NCBI GenBank assembly: GCA_002293025.1
Contig: DBCL01000012.1
Location: forward strand, 20,036 to 78,261
Direction of reading: 5' to 3'
From: Actinobacteria bacterium UBA959
GTDB lineage: Bacteria > Actinomycetota > Actinomycetes > S36-B12 > UBA5976
DNA: 58,226 nucleotides
Shown: positions 56,926 to 58,226 of the stretch, piece by piece
How positions within the stretch are numbered: the first letter of the stretch is position 1
Layout of the letters: every line of letters begins with the position of its first letter
Translations under genes and position numbers: made by a program
The notes under the pieces: generated by a model
Told to the model about the DNA's origin: nothing
Database searches by the model: none
The model's input: the letters and a program-made list of their open reading frames with translations, nothing else

Positions 56926-58226
56926 ATGGATAAACACCTAGCTCACCTACCGATAAAACACCGTGATGAACTTAGAAATATTGCAATCATCGCTCACGTA
57001 GACCATGGCAAAACCACTTTGGTGGATGCGATGCTCTGGCAGTCTGGTGCTTTTGCTGCTTATAAAGAGCAGTCTGAGGGTAAAGATCGTTTGATGGATT
57101 CGATGGATTTGGAGCGCGAAAAAGGAATCACCATCCTTGCCAAAAACACTGCTGTTAAGCGCGGGGACACTATTGTCAACATTATTGATACTCCAGGACA
57201 CGCTGACTTTGGAGGCGAAGTTGAGCGTGGCCTCGAAATGGTTGATGGAGTACTACTGCTTGTTGATGCATCTGAAGGTCCACTTCCACAAACAAGATTT
57301 GTGTTGAGAAAGGCACTACAAAAGAATTTGCCTGTAATTTTGGTAATTAACAAAGTAGATCGACCAGACTCAAGAATAAAAGAAGTTGTTGACGAGGCCT
57401 ATGAGCTTTTCCTTGATCTAGACGCTAATGAAAGCCAAATTGAATTCCCAATTATTTACTGTTCAGCAAAAGCAGGTCGGGCTTCATTGAACAGGCCTGA
57501 AAATGGTGAAATGCCAGATACCGAGAATCTGGATATCTTGTTTGAAACTATTTTCTCTGCAATACCAGCTCCGACTTATCATGAAGGTGCACCTCTACAG
57601 GCTCACGTAACAAACTTAGATTCATCTCCTTACTTAGGACGTCTAGCACTTTGCCGAGTGCGAGAAGGTGTAATTAAAAAAGGACAGTCTGTTGTTTGGA
57701 TGAAAACCGATGGCACCACTGAGCGGGTAAAGATTGCAGAATTACTAATTACTGAAGCACTGGAAAGAGTTCCAGCTCTAGAAGCTGGACCAGGTGACAT
57801 TATTGCTGTTGCTGGAATTGAGACAATTACCCTGGGTGAAACCCTTGCTGACATTGATAATCCAGTTGCACTTCCACTTATTACTGTTGATGAACCAAGT
57901 ATCTCAATGACAGTTGGTGTCAACTCTTCACCACTTGCAGGTCAAAGTGGTACCAAACTAACTGCTCGTTTAGTAAAAAACCGTTTAGATAATGAATTGA
58001 TTGGTAACGTATCGTTAAGAATTCTGAACACTGATCGCTCTGATACCTGGGAGGTTCAAGGTAGAGGTGAATTGCAATTAGCAGTCCTAGTTGAAATCAT
58101 GAAAAGAGAAGGTTTTGAACTAACTGTAGGCAAACCACAGGTTGTTACCAAAATTGTTGATGGCAAACTTCATGAACCAATGGAGCATTTAACAATTGAT
58201 GCTCCTGAGGATTATTTAGGGGTCAT
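56926..58226 (+). CDS. typA: Translational GTPase TypA/BipA (5' portion, runs off window)
   Basis: Open frame with no stop to the window end, so it is absent from the ORF track. It translates as MDKHLAHLPIKHRDELRNIAIIAHVDHGKTTLVDAMLWQSG...DTPGHADFGGEVER...NKVDRPDS, covering G1-G4 motifs. Confidence 0.95.
   Translation, partial: MDKHLAHLPIKHRDELRNIAIIAHVDHGKTTLVDAMLWQSGAFAAYKEQSEGKDRLMDSMDLEREKGITILAKNTAVKRGDTIVNIIDTPGHADFGGEVERGLEMVDGVLLLVDASEGPLPQTRFVLRKALQKNLPVILVINKVDRPDSRIKEVVDEAYELFLDLDANESQIEFPIIYCSAKAGRASLNRPENGEMPDTENLDILFETIFSAIPAPTYHEGAPLQAHVTNLDSSPYLGRLALCRVREGVIKKGQSVVWMKTDGTTERVKIAELLITEALERVPALEAGPGDIIAVAGIETITLGETLADIDNPVALPLITVDEPSISMTVGVNSSPLAGQSGTKLTARLVKNRLDNELIGNVSLRILNTDRSDTWEVQGRGELQLAVLVEIMKREGFELTVGKPQVVTKIVDGKLHEPMEHLTIDAPEDYLGV

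Noticed and set aside
1-58226. A search for CRISPR repeats, IS/transposase or integrase genes, toxin-antitoxin pairs, restriction or other defence genes, and prophage remnants.
   Set aside because: I recognised none. Every substantial ORF has a housekeeping assignment in conserved actinobacterial synteny, and intergenic space is minimal. I therefore cannot support the presence of a novel accessory system in this window.

Overview
This window looks like core chromosome from a genome-streamlined, AT-leaning actinobacterium. I saw no mobile elements, CRISPR arrays, defence islands or obviously foreign DNA. Gene order closely follows conserved Mycobacterium/Streptomyces synteny. An acI/Nanopelagicales-like freshwater lineage is my inference only.

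Content, left to right:
- Two minus-strand tRNAs (Thr, cut by the window edge, and Tyr) and rarD.
- A minus-strand respiratory block: polyprenyl-diphosphate synthase and nuoN back to nuoA (complex I, 14 genes), then the menaquinone genes menG, menF, menD, menC, menB, menE and menA.
- One long minus-strand array: proC, a 32-aa bS22-like ribosomal protein missing from the ORF track, a glutaredoxin-like gene, rex, a lone hemD-like fusion, a histidine phosphatase, a resA-like gene, ccdA, resB, ccsA and a small two-TM protein.
- ppx, a Cys/His-rich hypothetical, radA, clpC, ppc and a short ArgA-like GNAT.
- A ~10 kb co-directional minus-strand array: tilS, hpt, ftsH, folE, folP, folB, folK, a small membrane protein, panC, coaX and lysS, running on into the GNAT gene listed above.
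- A K+-independent-type membrane H+-pyrophosphatase, a CopD/CtaG fusion, an LMW protein-tyrosine phosphatase, a small membrane protein, and the 5' part of typA/bipA.

I found no convincing new multi-gene system. The points most worth follow-up are:
- An apparent deletion scar of the hem cluster. rex is translationally coupled to a lone hemD-like gene with a degenerate methyltransferase half, while heme-consuming machinery is kept.
- hppA sits where actinobacteria normally carry soluble ppa.
- The unlisted bS22 ORF has a hairpin that could sequester its Shine-Dalgarno sequence (SD).
- A candidate Rex operator lies upstream of nuoA.
- Very short divergent spacers have TANNNT hexamers placed as expected for leaderless mRNAs.
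- Five of the six convergent gene pairs overlap at their 3' ends.

All coordinates and motifs were read by eye. No database search or computation was run.
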